A stretch of 64,000 nt of DNA, from assembly GCA_002189035.1 (NCBI GenBank), contig NEEC01000020.1, forward strand, positions 868,001-932,000. The letters run 5' to 3'. A program made the position numbers and the translations under genes. Shown here piece by piece: positions 25,653-38,600 of this stretch; position 1 is the stretch's first letter, and the number at the start of each line of letters is the position of its first letter. This stretch comes from Utricularia gibba (lineage: Eukaryota > Plantae > Magnoliophyta). The notes beneath the pieces were generated by a model. The model was given only the letters and a program-made list of their open reading frames with translations. It ran no database searches and was not told the origin of the DNA.

Positions 25653-25803
25653 CAAGACTGGAATATGAGGGTGGCGGAAGCGAAACCCAGAAGCAGCAAT
25701 GAAAAGGGAAGGGCAGGAATCCTGAACCCGTATTTCTCCTTCTTTTCTAGTGGAGCGGGAAGAAAAGTAGCAAGGAGACTGCAGTGGGGTTGGGGGGCAT
25801 CCT

Positions 25804-26620
25804 TGTCGGGTTTGTGCCCGTAGACAGATCCATCTAAACTGGGTCCCACATGCCCCTCATCTCATCTCTTTCACTTGCATTTGGTTGCTTCTGCCCCCTC
25901 AATTAATAATTCAACCTAATTTATAAATCTCTACCATTTTCATTAAACTTAATTTATTTTATTATAAATTAAATTAATGAATGATATATGTATCATTACA
26001 TAATGATAAACATTACCGTCGATGTAAATAGTTTAATCTCTTAATTTTTAAAATTATTTTATAGATCCATCTAACTTATTTTTTTGTAAATATTTTGTTC
26101 TTATATCTATGAAATTATATATTTAATTTCTCATATTATCAAAATTAACCGATTTTAATTCTAACATTGTTATAATAGTCATCGTTGTAAATAATATTCA
26201 TAATTTCCATTTCCTAGCTGCTAATAATATTATCCTCGTCAAAATCAAAAAATCACGAGACATGAAGCAATATAATCCTAAAAAGACATTTCGATTCATA
26301 GAATTTCATATGCAAATACGAAAAATTTTAACATAAAATTTTGTTAGGTATAAAACCAGAGTTGATTCACGATATTCTAAACCAATTTATTTTTTAAAAA
26401 AATTGAAAATTATTTGTATCTTTATTACATGGTTTTGATAACTTAATGCATTTTTTTTACAATTTTGAAAATTGAAAATTAAAATTTTTGTACTAATCAA
26501 AACTTGAGATACATTTTTTGTAATTTTCTCAATAATAATAATAATAATAGAAAAGAGTTGAAAAAAGTGTGATTGTATGCGGACTTTGGTGTGAATGACA
26601 AGCCGACAGCGCGTGGGTCC
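25804..26620. promoter_or_regulatory. Aux/IAA upstream region with two TGTCGG-type AuxRE + TCP class I site pairs
   Basis: TGTCGG 25804-09 with GGTCCCAC 25842-49; CCGACA 26603-08 with GTGGGTCC 26613-20. Short motif matches only. Confidence 0.4.
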
Positions 26621-29600
26621 CCCTGCTCCAAGGAAGATTCCTAGATGTGCATCACGTTCCCACCGATTTTGAAAATATTACTCATAATAAAATAATAATG
26701 ATGATGATGAGGATGTAATAACGAGGGGGGCGGGTGTCGTTACAAAAGCAAACAGACGCCATCTGGCGCCGTGGAGAAATGGTCGTACCCGTACCAAAGC
26801 TGTCACACGCTCCACTAATATATCTTTATTAATAATATTAAAATAGGATTTTCGGGTAATAAATAGGGAAAGAAGGACCACGGACAATGTGAGGTAATAA
26901 AATATCGCTGCAATGGTCTCTTCCTGGACCACCCACGTTAAACCCCAACGGAAAAATATTGGCCACTTTTTTTTTTTTTTCTAGGGAAGTTTTGACAGAT
27001 TATATATTTAAATTATTAGAGAAATACAATTGTGTGATTAAAGTTGAAATTGTGTTTGGTATGTATGTTTTGAAATTATTTATTGAAAATGATATATTTT
27101 TATTATATATGTATTTGCAATAGATTGATTGTAATTTGTAAATGTACAAAATTATCAAAAAATAAATAAATAAATGTCTTCATAGAAAATTAATTATTTG
27201 AATTTTCTTAAAAAATGATTCGAAGAAAACCAATAATCATAAGAAAAAATGGGTTTTAAAATAATATAAAAATAACTTTAAATCAAAATTCCATCTTACT
27301 AAAACTTACCCTTATCTGTACATATTAAAGATTGACTCGCTTGCTCAAGTGCAAGAGGTTTTATTATAAAGTAATATTATTTGTAATCATTAGAGTATAG
27401 TTTCTTATTTTGTGAAATTATATAATTAACTTCATCATCAAAATCATTTTAACTCCTATAATGACTCATGTTTTTACTATATTCGATCCTAATCTTTTAG
27501 AACTCACACTATTGTAGACAAATTAGTCCAAATATATCTTGACAATAATGTTCGATTGAATCCTTCTACTTATTAATTTTAGGTCAATCTTGAATTTTTT
27601 TATATTACCTTAGAGTTTTTGGTACTCAAAAGTATGATGAATAAGAAAATATTGTAAAAAACAAAATTAAACTTCAAATTAAATATTGGAAACATAGTAT
27701 AATAGTCATATGCATAAGGATTTATGTGAACTATAGTGCTCATGCTCACATGCTCAATTTTAATATAGAAAATTAATGAAAAATGAAAAGAAATAAAACC
27801 AAAAGATGTTGCTAGACGGACCCAAAGATTTTAGAACTGAACAACTTGATGCTTAGGTACTTTGGGGAGATCTAATTAGTTTTTTAATAGATTTATATTA
27901 TGTATTTTATCTAAATCTTTTAAAATAAAATTCAAATCATTTATTTTATCCAAAATTCTCTTAATTGAGTCTTTATCTGCATAACTCTTTTATCTCCACC
28001 AAGATCATCTCTATTTTTATTTAATTTAGATCGAAATATTTATCATGGAAAAATAATTTACTTCAAAAATATCAACTTAATACAAATAATATAAAATATT
28101 TTAAAACATAGGAAAAAAATTAAACAAAAATAGATCAAAAAATGATGTAAAAAATTATTACAAACCACAAATATAATTGACATAAAATCAATTATCATAG
28201 ATAAAAAAGATAAATGAAAACATTGTTTAATTAAAACAATTCGCATGAGAGAAATTTTACAAACATAATTGGAAGAGTTAAGCAAATATTTTACAAATTA
28301 CATACTTATTGAAATAACATGTTTATTAAATATACATCATTTTTAACACATGTATGTTTCAAACAAAATTACCAAATATGACTTAATACCAATCATGATT
28401 CTGCTTGCTATATTAGAAAATCAGTGGCTTATATGAAGTGTCTGAAATAAGCAAGTGTTTATTTAATTTCAAGAATTTTATATATTCGAAAATAAATACC
28501 CTTTAAAGGGGTTTAATTTTTTGTAGACATACCTTTTTTCATACCAAAATTCACATTTTCTGAAAGTTGGGCAAAAAGTGGATAAAAGGAAAAGAAGAGT
28601 AATAAATGAATTGAGTGGAAGTCTAGTCATGTATTTAAGATGCATAGGTTGTCCAAAAAAGTTTGGTATTATTTTTAAATTATTAGAGTATAAAATATTT
28701 GCCTTTTGATTATTTTGTATTGATTGACAATTGGAATCATTGACTCGTGACATCAAATTCATTATTGATGTGGTCGAGAACGGGAGTTAATTCAATTATT
28801 GATTCTCTATAATATATACAATAATTTTCTTTCAAAAATTATTTGTAAAATACTTGTACTTTAAGTTTAGTATTATTTTATTGATTACAGTAATAATAAA
28901 CATATTAATATTTTTTATTAATTAAAATTAATAATTTAAAATATTGGTAACAAATGAATTGACGTTTTAAACAAATAAAAAAATGAAGATTTTTTTAAAG
29001 GGCATAAATCGAAATTCACATTTCACTTTTTAAATTTTGAAAACCTATAATGCGTTAGATAAAAATTTGTAGTAGTACTCTTGTTTAAAAATTTAATACA
29101 ATTGAATATATTTAAATTTAAATAAATTTATAATTTTTTGATGGAAAAATTTATTTCTACAAATAATCAAATTTATAGTGATTTTTTGTTTCTAGTATTT
29201 GGGTTCTTGCAGAAAGGAAAGAACATAATGTTATAGATCAAAAAATTGGAAAATAAAAAATACTGTTTAAATGAGAAATAATTTCCACCATGAATTTGCT
29301 AAATTATAAAATGACGTTTGAATGGAATTTTCTAGACCCTAGGGGTTTGATAGAGAAGAATGTATTGATTTTATTTGGATATAAAATATATCATATTTAT
29401 TTTATAGCCATTATTTATTTAAATCCTACTTTGGTACAAATCTATGATTTCTCAGGCTGACGGGTTTTACTCAAACCCATTATATTGATAGATTTTTTAG
29501 TATCTAAGCTTTAAATAATTGATTTGGATCTTATAAACCTTTTTTATTTATAATATTATTTAATATTATTCTTCTCTTAATAAAATCTCAAACCATTATC

Positions 29601-29630
29601 TCAATAGCCTATTTTGTACTGACATCTCGG

Positions 29631-31020
29631 TGATAATACACATTTTTCCTGAAATTCATAATGCAAAATAGTTATATTTTATTATGGTTTAGGTTAGATA
29701 AATGCGGTTTTTCATACTTTAGTGTTGTTTATGTTAATCCTATGTGATTATGTTGAAAAGTGAACTAAATCTTTGATTTAGTCCACAACTCTTATTACTA
29801 ATGTTTCAGTAAGTTCAACAGGGAGATGAGCCGAAAATCAGACTTGCAAACATGTAAAACAAGCAAAAAAGGGGCGCAAAATCCGGAGAAGGACAAAGAG
29901 CACTGTTCTGCTGCCACCGCAGTCTGCAAGTTTAGGCCGGGAACAGTACTGGCGGACAGCAACAGTGCAATGGAGTGAAGGAAAGGGGAAATTTATTTTC
30001 GAAAAAAGGAAAGAGCACGAAGTGAAGCGACCGGGGGGGACGCAAGGGGTCTTCTTCCCCAACGCGAAAAACCAACCAGAAGGGGGAAGAAACGCCTTCA
30101 TCACCTAGAAAAGCACCGGAGCCCAGTTCAGCGCTACTGTTCCGGGCTGTGAACAGTAGCTAACGGGCGGAAGAACAATCTTTATTTACTTTCTAGTTTT
30201 CTGAACATTTCGACTTTATGCATTTTACTTGTTTACAATGTTTCTACCATTTTGGCCAACTTATATGAATGAAATCGTGTTTTATTTCCAAAGCATGAGT
30301 GGCTAGAGTCTTAGGAATGCCTTAAGGAGAAGTGGGTGGTATGTGCTTAGGTTGATGATGAAATTTAGTTGTCTTCCTTAACTTTTGTTTTTAACAAACC
30401 ATGGGTAGACCTAAGGAGGGGAGTAAGTAGTTTCACAACTTAGATGGTTGATTTAGAGGTAGACCAACAAATCAAGATAGGATCAGTCGGTGTTAGTCCA
30501 AGGTAGAACCAATAGAACCGGGTAGACCTAGTTCTATATGCCTTGCATGCGGGTAGATCTAATTGCAATGTTGGTTATGATATTGGGGACTAGCCTAAGC
30601 CAAAAATATGATGAATGACCTGGGTAGACTTAGGTTATTTGAAGTTGTGAGTGTAGTAAGATAATAAATTAAGTTAGGAAGCTTAACATAACACCACCCG
30701 CAGATCCTTAAGACGTCATCGTGTTAGTCTGAGTCAAACCAGTACTTGTTACCTTAGCGTAGAAACCTCATACTGCTTACCCACCTTATTTACTGAGCTT
30801 GTTTACCACTATTAGTTCGAGCTTAGACTAAGACCTACTGTTATCCGAAATCTTGCACCTACTAAAATACTTAGCAAGCACAAGCTCTTCGTGATTGACC
30901 CCTGACATCCACTATACAAGTTTTCAAATTTGTATTTTGTGTAGATTAGGGATTATAAATTTATTTGATACGGATTTTCTATTTTTATTGCAACGATATT
31001 AGGAAAATTTCCGTTTATCA
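29631..31020. mobile_element. Solo LTR (1390 bp), probably Ty3/gypsy (Athila/Tat-like)
   Basis: TGATAA...TTATCA termini with perfect 5-bp TSD CTCGG (29626-30, 31021-25) and no internal coding region. The superfamily call rests only on size and TGAT/ATCA ends. Confidence 0.85.
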
Positions 31021-33576
31021 CTCGGGTTCGTGTATGTGAAGTTTTTGAATTTTTTAATGCATTCAATAAAAGGAAACCTTGAATTCATCTTTTTATGTTG
31101 TTTTGATTAGTTTTTTTGAATTATGTGAATTATATTCTGAAAAAATATTAAATTTCTTACCTATATCTTTTGCGGATAACATTATGGATGATAATATTAA
31201 AAAAGAAGCTATGGTTTTTATTGTTGTTAGAATCGTTGCATTGAATTTGCTATTTATGAAGTATGTTGTTGAATAATATTAAAAAAAATAGATAGAGATA
31301 ATTTATATAGAAGACTTAGGAATGGAAAAGTATTTTAGTATTTATTAAAGATACTAAAATAGAATATATTCCAGTATTTGAGTATTTGAGTATTTTGGTA
31401 CATTGAAATAGAATTTAAGATATTAAATTTATTTGAGTTTAAACAAAAAAATCTAGAATAATCATTTTTTTACATAAAATTGACATTAGGTAAAGTAATG
31501 AGAGGTTATGATTTTAAATCTATGTGCGATTAAAAAAACTTTCGTAATCTCGAATTCATTTAAACATATGAATTAAGTAAACATCTGAGTTAATTGTTTG
31601 CAGTGTCTATAGTGGCAATCGTGTGTGTTCCCACGTCAATCATCAACAGGGGCACTACGTGACATCTCTAAAACTTATGGGTTTGCCATATTTTCATTAA
31701 CCGTTGGTGGCATATCCAGACCACATTCTTCTTTTTCCTCGCGTTTAAAGGACGAAGGATCTTAATCAGATGAAAAAATGGAAAATTCCAAGGAAAAATT
31801 CATCAGATGTCTGGTTGTAAAATCAGAGATCTTGTGATAATATCTCATATTGATTATCGATATGAGAATAAATATACTTACATTGAGAGATAATTCTGTT
31901 TTCTATGAGACATCTTTCTTAAAAAAATTGTAAAATCGTGAGAATTAGATACTCAAAATCGATCATATTATACAAAAAGAAGGTGGATCATGACATGGGT
32001 CATTGCTGCATCTGACAGATCTCTTTCATTGGGCATCTTTCTTTCATCTTTGGTTTAATGAATACCGTGTTTGGGATTTACTAGGCATTCATTTCTATGG
32101 ATCTATTCTAATGATCGATTACAAGCTGTGTCGTTGTGCTTCTAGCAAGCACTAGTGCTCTGTTCACAATTCGAGCACTCATAATGCATCGTCTGGGTAC
32201 TCATCTCTTGGTCACCATTTGAGTATTTGCCCTAAGTCATACACCTATAGGCATTCGAGTCTTTAGTGGTTAATAAATGAAAATTTTGTATCATTACAAA
32301 ATCATGAAATTTTTTTAAGTTATATTCTATTCTAAATATAAATCAAAACAAGATGCATAGTAATTTTTCAGTTGAACTCAAAGAATTAGTGTTTGTGATG
32401 TGATAATTTGATGTATTTCTGAATGTCAAAATTGATAATAATTCTTAATTAAAATCAATAGCAAAAACACAAAATTAAAAGTAAAATGAAGCAATTCTGA
32501 ATTTTAAATTCATCAAATGTAAACTATGGATATCTAAGGTAATCTAAACCTATCAAATCAATTTTTATAATATTTTTAAAGTTTTCTATACCTCATTGTA
32601 CTTAAGTTAATTGTTTTGTAAGATAAAAAAGATTTGCTCTACTTGATCCTATTAGTTTCTATTCAATAAAATCTATCAATGTATTCACATTTTAATGTTT
32701 TGATCAATCTATAAGTTGAGTTTTTTAAATTGTGTATTTTTTTCCCTATTAAATCTATAATAGAATATTGAGAAAAATTCAAATAACACTTTCAAATTTT
32801 GAACCTATACTAAACTAACCCACAACCCCTCTTATCTTTAAGATATCATATTAAAATCTAGTCATTTATATAAAAATAAGATAAGATAATTTCATAGAAA
32901 ACAGAAATAAGTTCCTAGTAATAGTTAAGAAAGCAAAACGCATAAAAAATAATAAAATACTAAAACCCTTCAAATGAAAATAAGTTAAATTCAACCTTCT
33001 CAATAATATTTACATATTGAATTTACCAGGCAATAGTTATCTGGATCTTTGCCTTGTTGAAGTTTCTTGTTGTTCTTTCATCTTTTTATTCATCTCTTCT
33101 TATTTTCTAATATTTGGTATATGTTATGTATATCCCTCTTTCTTGTAAATCATTTTTTTTTGCTTATAAAATATTCTTGATGGGTATGTAAAAATATCTC
33201 CTCACTTTTCTTCTTTTTCTTTTCCCATTACCATGGCATACCTTATCCCTCCTCCCTCTTTTCATCTTTTTATGGTATTGTGAATTTAAGATCTTCTTTT
33301 CATTTATTTTGGTTGTTACCGTTTCATACTGAGATTACTTTGCTTGGACTTGTCCACTCATTTTACCCATTGTACCCTTGCATTGTGTTGTAGGCAATCA
33401 ATTTTAAATGTAGAAATTGATTTGATAAGTTAAAAATACTAAGAAAATATATCTTATCAAATTATACTACAAAAGAATTCACAAAGAATTATATAAAATT
33501 TTATTATCACTCATACATGCTTTTTTTTTTCAAATTCATAAAGAAATATAAAATTCATAGAGATAAAAAACAAATA

Positions 33577-33935
33577 CTAATCTGCATAAGATGATGATGA
33601 ATAACTTATTGAGTTATGCTGCAAGATTAATATTTCAATACCAAAATCAGATATGTTGGGGTTCATAATAAACGAGATATTTATTGAATCACTAACATTA
33701 ATATAATTTATAGTGGAGGAATTGGTGTTATAGAACTTGACATATAATTGAACATTATCGTAATCCACTTTGATTCTTATCTCACTTTAAATAGTCTCCA
33801 ATAACATATTCCAGAAAATATTTCGTTTCACTGTCAAAATTTTCATCGGTTTCGAAGCATACACATGGTGAACTGATGAATCATCCAATATTGGCCCTAT
33901 AACATAGAATTTCATTGTAGTTTTGGCCATTGGTT
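33577..33935 (-). pseudogene. Possible relic of a MULE transposase N-terminal (PB1-like) region
   Basis: ORFs 33787-34215 and 33577-33768 are one frame broken by a single TAA: KFYVIGPILDDSSVHHVYASKPMKILTVKRNIFWNMLLETI*SEIRIKVDYDNVQLYVKFY. The pattern resembles the N-terminus of the transposase at 7130. No catalytic motifs seen. Confidence 0.4.
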
Positions 33936-35638
33936 CGAGCATCCGATAACTGAATGAGAAGTTTGAATTGGAGATGGAGAAAACAAGAAAAATGAAAGAA
34001 GAGGAATCACAATAGCATTGATAGGAATATCGGAGGAGGTGGGGAGGGGGGAGATAAGATAGTAAGAAATAAATTTGAAATCTTAAAACCACTAAAGAGA
34101 AAGACAAAAAGAAGGAATTGATATATGAGAAGGGATATACAGCTATATTCAATTTTAATAAAGGTTTCGTTGATAAAATAATTTTATAATTCAATTCATT
34201 ACTATTCATCTTCACTACATTGAAAAGATTCTATTGCAACACTAGTACACCTACGGAACACATGTATTTTATTAACATTTATATTAACTTAGACATTTTA
34301 TTAATACATATTTTTTAAAAATGTATTTTGGTAACCAAGCTCAAATTGTAAAACATCTTCCTATGCAAAATCATGTGGAATTCATCTATTATGCATATTT
34401 AACATAAATTTAGGATGATTAGTTAAAGCATATGTGCCAAATTTGTTTACAAAATATTCAAAGTGTCATAGTTTTTATTGCGATTGCAAAGTGTTACAAA
34501 CAATATGATTAGAAACATGGAATTTACAAGATGTTCTGAACATAGTGTGATTGTAGGGTATTTGATTTCTTAATCAAATGTGATTTGAGGTGTTACATTT
34601 CTTCATTGAGAATGATACTTTGTTTTTTATTTTATTGCTTTTGGATTGCATGATATGATACTATAAGGTACAGTCCAAAGTATGCTTTTGTTAGACATAG
34701 ATAATTGTGATCTTAGTATTGGTGGAAAAGATCTTGGTGAAAAAATTGTGGTAGTGAAATGAATAAAATAAATTAGATACATAGATTTTTTAAGAATTAA
34801 TTTTGTCAAATGTAAAAATAATTTGAAATGATTATATCAATTGTTTTAAACAATAAAATTATGTAAATAATAGATTATAGATACCAAATTATCAGGAATC
34901 AATTCTGACAATTTGTTGAACAGTGGAAATGAATTTGACCACTTTTTTTCAAATAGTAAAAATTAATTATGTGAAAAGTTTAAAATATTGGAGATAAAAA
35001 TAATTTTTGAGGAGTATTTTTGGGATCTCAAACTATCTAAACTTTGGATACAAATGAAAATTGTCCAATATAAAACTTTTGTGCATTGAAAAAAAAAAAA
35101 AAAAACTTTAAACTGCAAGAGGCGCTGGTACCGAAGCGTCAGTCACAGCCCTGGTTCAGGGATTCCGATTCGGGTTGCTGGATGAAATCATAGTTGCGGA
35201 ACCCGACCACAAGATTGTGGAAGAGTAACCCTGATGTCTTCCTCATCGATTCGGTTGTTTACCGGCGTTCCAAGGGAACTCATTCCCAACCATGGCTGCT
35301 GAAACGTGCTAAATCATTTCGTTCAAGGTATTCTTTTGCCGGACAGCCCCTTTCGTTACACCTCTCGATAGTGCTGGTGGGAGTGTCTTCAGATTTTTTT
35401 CTCGGATTTTCTCAAGGTGCGGTGTTCTTCTGAGGCATGAGTTTTTTGTTATTATGTATCACTGCTATTGCTTCTCGGTTTCGCACCTTTCTACTGTGCA
35501 TGCCTATTTCAGTGATTTTCACCTATTTTGTTGTCCATTCTGGAAGTGTTTAATAACGGTACTCTATCTGTGTTTCTTTCTGCTTGATGAAACAATGTAA
35601 ATTTCAGGAAGACAGAATCTATAACGAAGTTCGCTCAA

Positions 35639-38600
35639 ATGGCGAGCAAGGAATCAAAAGCGAGGGTTGCGAAAGCCTTCCGTGCGATGAAGGAACTTGG
35701 AATATCACAAGATAAGGTGAAGCCTGTACTGAAGAGTTTGCTCAAGGTGTTTGAGAAAAACTGGGAGCTCATTGAAGAAGAAAATTATAGAGCTCTTGCT
35801 GACGCTATATTTGAGAGAGAAGAGTCAGAAGTAAGTCTTTCAGGCTGGCAAGTTATCTGCTAGATTTCTACTCTTCTATTTCTGGTTGCTTATTTTCTTT
35901 ACTGAACGCTTTTATTCTTTTATGTAATATTAAGTTCTGTTAAAGAATGTGAAGCTTTGTTAAATCAACAGAGATGTGGAGTCACATAGTGAACGTTGAT
36001 GGACGTGATCTTCTCCGAAACTCTATTTGGAAATCATCATGCTACTTATGCCTATAGTTTTACATATTGGGTTCCTCTCTTATAATGTAGTATGCTTTTA
36101 TTAAAAATTTGTAATTTTGACAGGCAGTCAAGCAGTCAAAGAAGTTCATGAATACACAAGTGGGTGATGATAAATTTCAAATGTACTGTTTGTATGTAGC
36201 TCAACAATTCGAGTGCAGGCTTTCACTAACAATGCTTTCTTGTTTTTTTCAAAATCCTGGGTTATTGCTTGTTCATGATAGGCAGAAGATCATTTGGTCT
36301 CAGAGAGTTTCTTGGATCAAGAGCTTGAACGACCATTAAAAAGGTTGCGTCGTATGAGTCAGGATGGTCCAGCTTCATCTTCTAGAATATCTAGTGTGCC
36401 ACAAACTTCGCTTCTCACGCCCAAAGAAGAGAAAGATGAGCTGCCTGAACCGGCATTGCTGTCACCATCTCAGAATGTTATGCCATCACAGATAAATGGG
36501 GTAAACTGCAAAACGAAGTTGGCTGATACTATACAGCAATATAGAGGGAAGGGGAAGCAAGCCGGTTCAACCAAAGCCTTGGCTCTGTTGGAGAATCGTG
36601 ATGCTGGCCAACCTAATGGAATAATTAGAGGTCAACAAGATTCTCCATCTAGGATAGAATCTGGGTCATCCTCTCATTCACTGGGGAAAGGCCAAAGAGG
36701 GAATGAATATGGCCCACGTCCAGTAGAATCAATGGAGACGAGGTCAGGCCATGAAAATTCATCTCTCGCTTTAAAATTTAAAGAACCCAAGATTGAACCC
36801 ATCACCAGTGTGCCAGCTAACAAAAAGAGCACCCAGGTGGTTTTGATGAAGCCAAAAGAGGAGCCAGTATTTGATGACTTGGTTGGCGTTTCCACCACCC
36901 ATCCAAGTAAGATTTCTCATCTCTCTCTTCATTGAAATTGGTTTTTTTTTTTTTTCCATGTATGTCATCTTATATCCATAACATTGAACTATATGCCTCT
37001 GTGCTCATCATTTCATTGTTTCTTCGACATGCAATCACATATTTCACTGGATATATTTTCTGGCATTTTTTTTCTTGCTGTGTAGGCTTTTGTTGATGGA
37101 AAGAACCATAGTTTCACTTAGCACTTTTACCGAATCATTTTGTTTAATGATATACTTTATGCTACAGCTTTTGTCTTAACTGTAGTTAATATCTTCAGAC
37201 ATATCAAATGAAGGGGATTCTTCACGGGTAAACAAAAGTTGTATGGAAAGTTATATCCAGGAACCCCTGGAATCATTGCCTGCAAATCGAAAAGAAGTGC
37301 ATACATGCACTGCATCGCAATATGAACCAAAAGATGGCAGCGAGATGTTTTTGAGCTCTTCTGGGTATTCTACTAGCCTAGAAGTTGCTTCCTCACCCTC
37401 GGGAGAGGTCAAGATGCTTATAAGTTTGAACCTGGATTCTGAAAGAAACACTTTCCGCATGCCTAAACTAGAAGCTGTTTTAAATGCGGTTCAGGATATG
37501 TATCTCCAGTCAAACATAACCGGCATTTCAGTCAGCAAAATTTTGAGTAAAATATGCGAAAACTTCCTAGAGTTAGGAACTCATTTTGCTAGTGGTTCAA
37601 CAGAGCCTTCGGATTTGGTGCTCACCAATGAGATGCTGAATACAACTTCTGAAAAAGGTGTTCAAGTGTCTACAGGTTTAAATTTTAGTGATATGAATAG
37701 GTCGGTAGTTTCCTTGTGTAAACCTGATGATAAGGCACCACAGCAGGCATGTGAAAGCTTGACTAATGTATCGGAACCCATTATAACTTCTGAGATGGTG
37801 ACTCCAGCGTCTACTGGTTTAAGCTGTAATGATTTGAATAGGTCATCAGGCTCTCGATGTGTAGCTGAAGCTGGGTACCATATCAGCCATGTGAATGTTT
37901 GACTGATGTATCAAAGTTTAATTCAACTTCTGAAGCAGATGTGCAAGTGCCTACTTGTTTAGGTTTGAATCCGGTAAATGGATCAGTAGATCCTCTACGT
38001 GAAGCTGAGGTACCACAACAGTCATGCAATGACCTAGCTGCTCTAACAGAGCCCACAAAAACATCTGAAGCAGATGCACAAGTGTCTACTGATTTAGATT
38101 TAAATCCCTTGAAAGGTTCAGTAGTTTCTCCAGGTGAAGCTGAAGTTGAGATATCATATAAGCCTAGTGAATGTCTGACTGATGTAACAGAACCCAGCAA
38201 CATGGACATTGATGATGCGCTGTCTAAAGATAGAAAATGCCAAAAGTGGAATGCTGAAGTGTTTAATGGTGAGACCTTTGAAGCTGTTAATAGGACTCAA
38301 GTGACTTCTGAACGGATTCTAGCATGGAATGGTGCCATTGATAATGCTTGTGACACGCACACTGATGATGTGTCTGTAGAAGATGGAAAAGATCATAGGA
38401 GTGGTGCTGAAGTGATGAGCGTTCTGACAGTGGAAGTTGTTCAGAAGCCCCAAATGACTTCTGAAATTATTCTTGCATTGGATGGCGCCCTTGATATCGC
38501 CAAGGGAAAGGAAAAAAGTGTGATCACCGTGGTGAATGACGTAAATGATGAATTGCCACCAGCCTTCTGTTACATAACACAAAATGCTGCATTCCAAAAC

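Noticed and set aside
34251-34280. ACTAGT plus a weak stem as a Helitron 3' end
   Set aside because: The hairpin is too degenerate and no 5' TC end or helicase remnant was found.
27000-35000. Short ORFs in AT-rich spacers (e.g. 28058, 28478, 31079, 34627)
   Set aside because: They are I/F/K/N-rich translations typical of AT-rich non-coding DNA.
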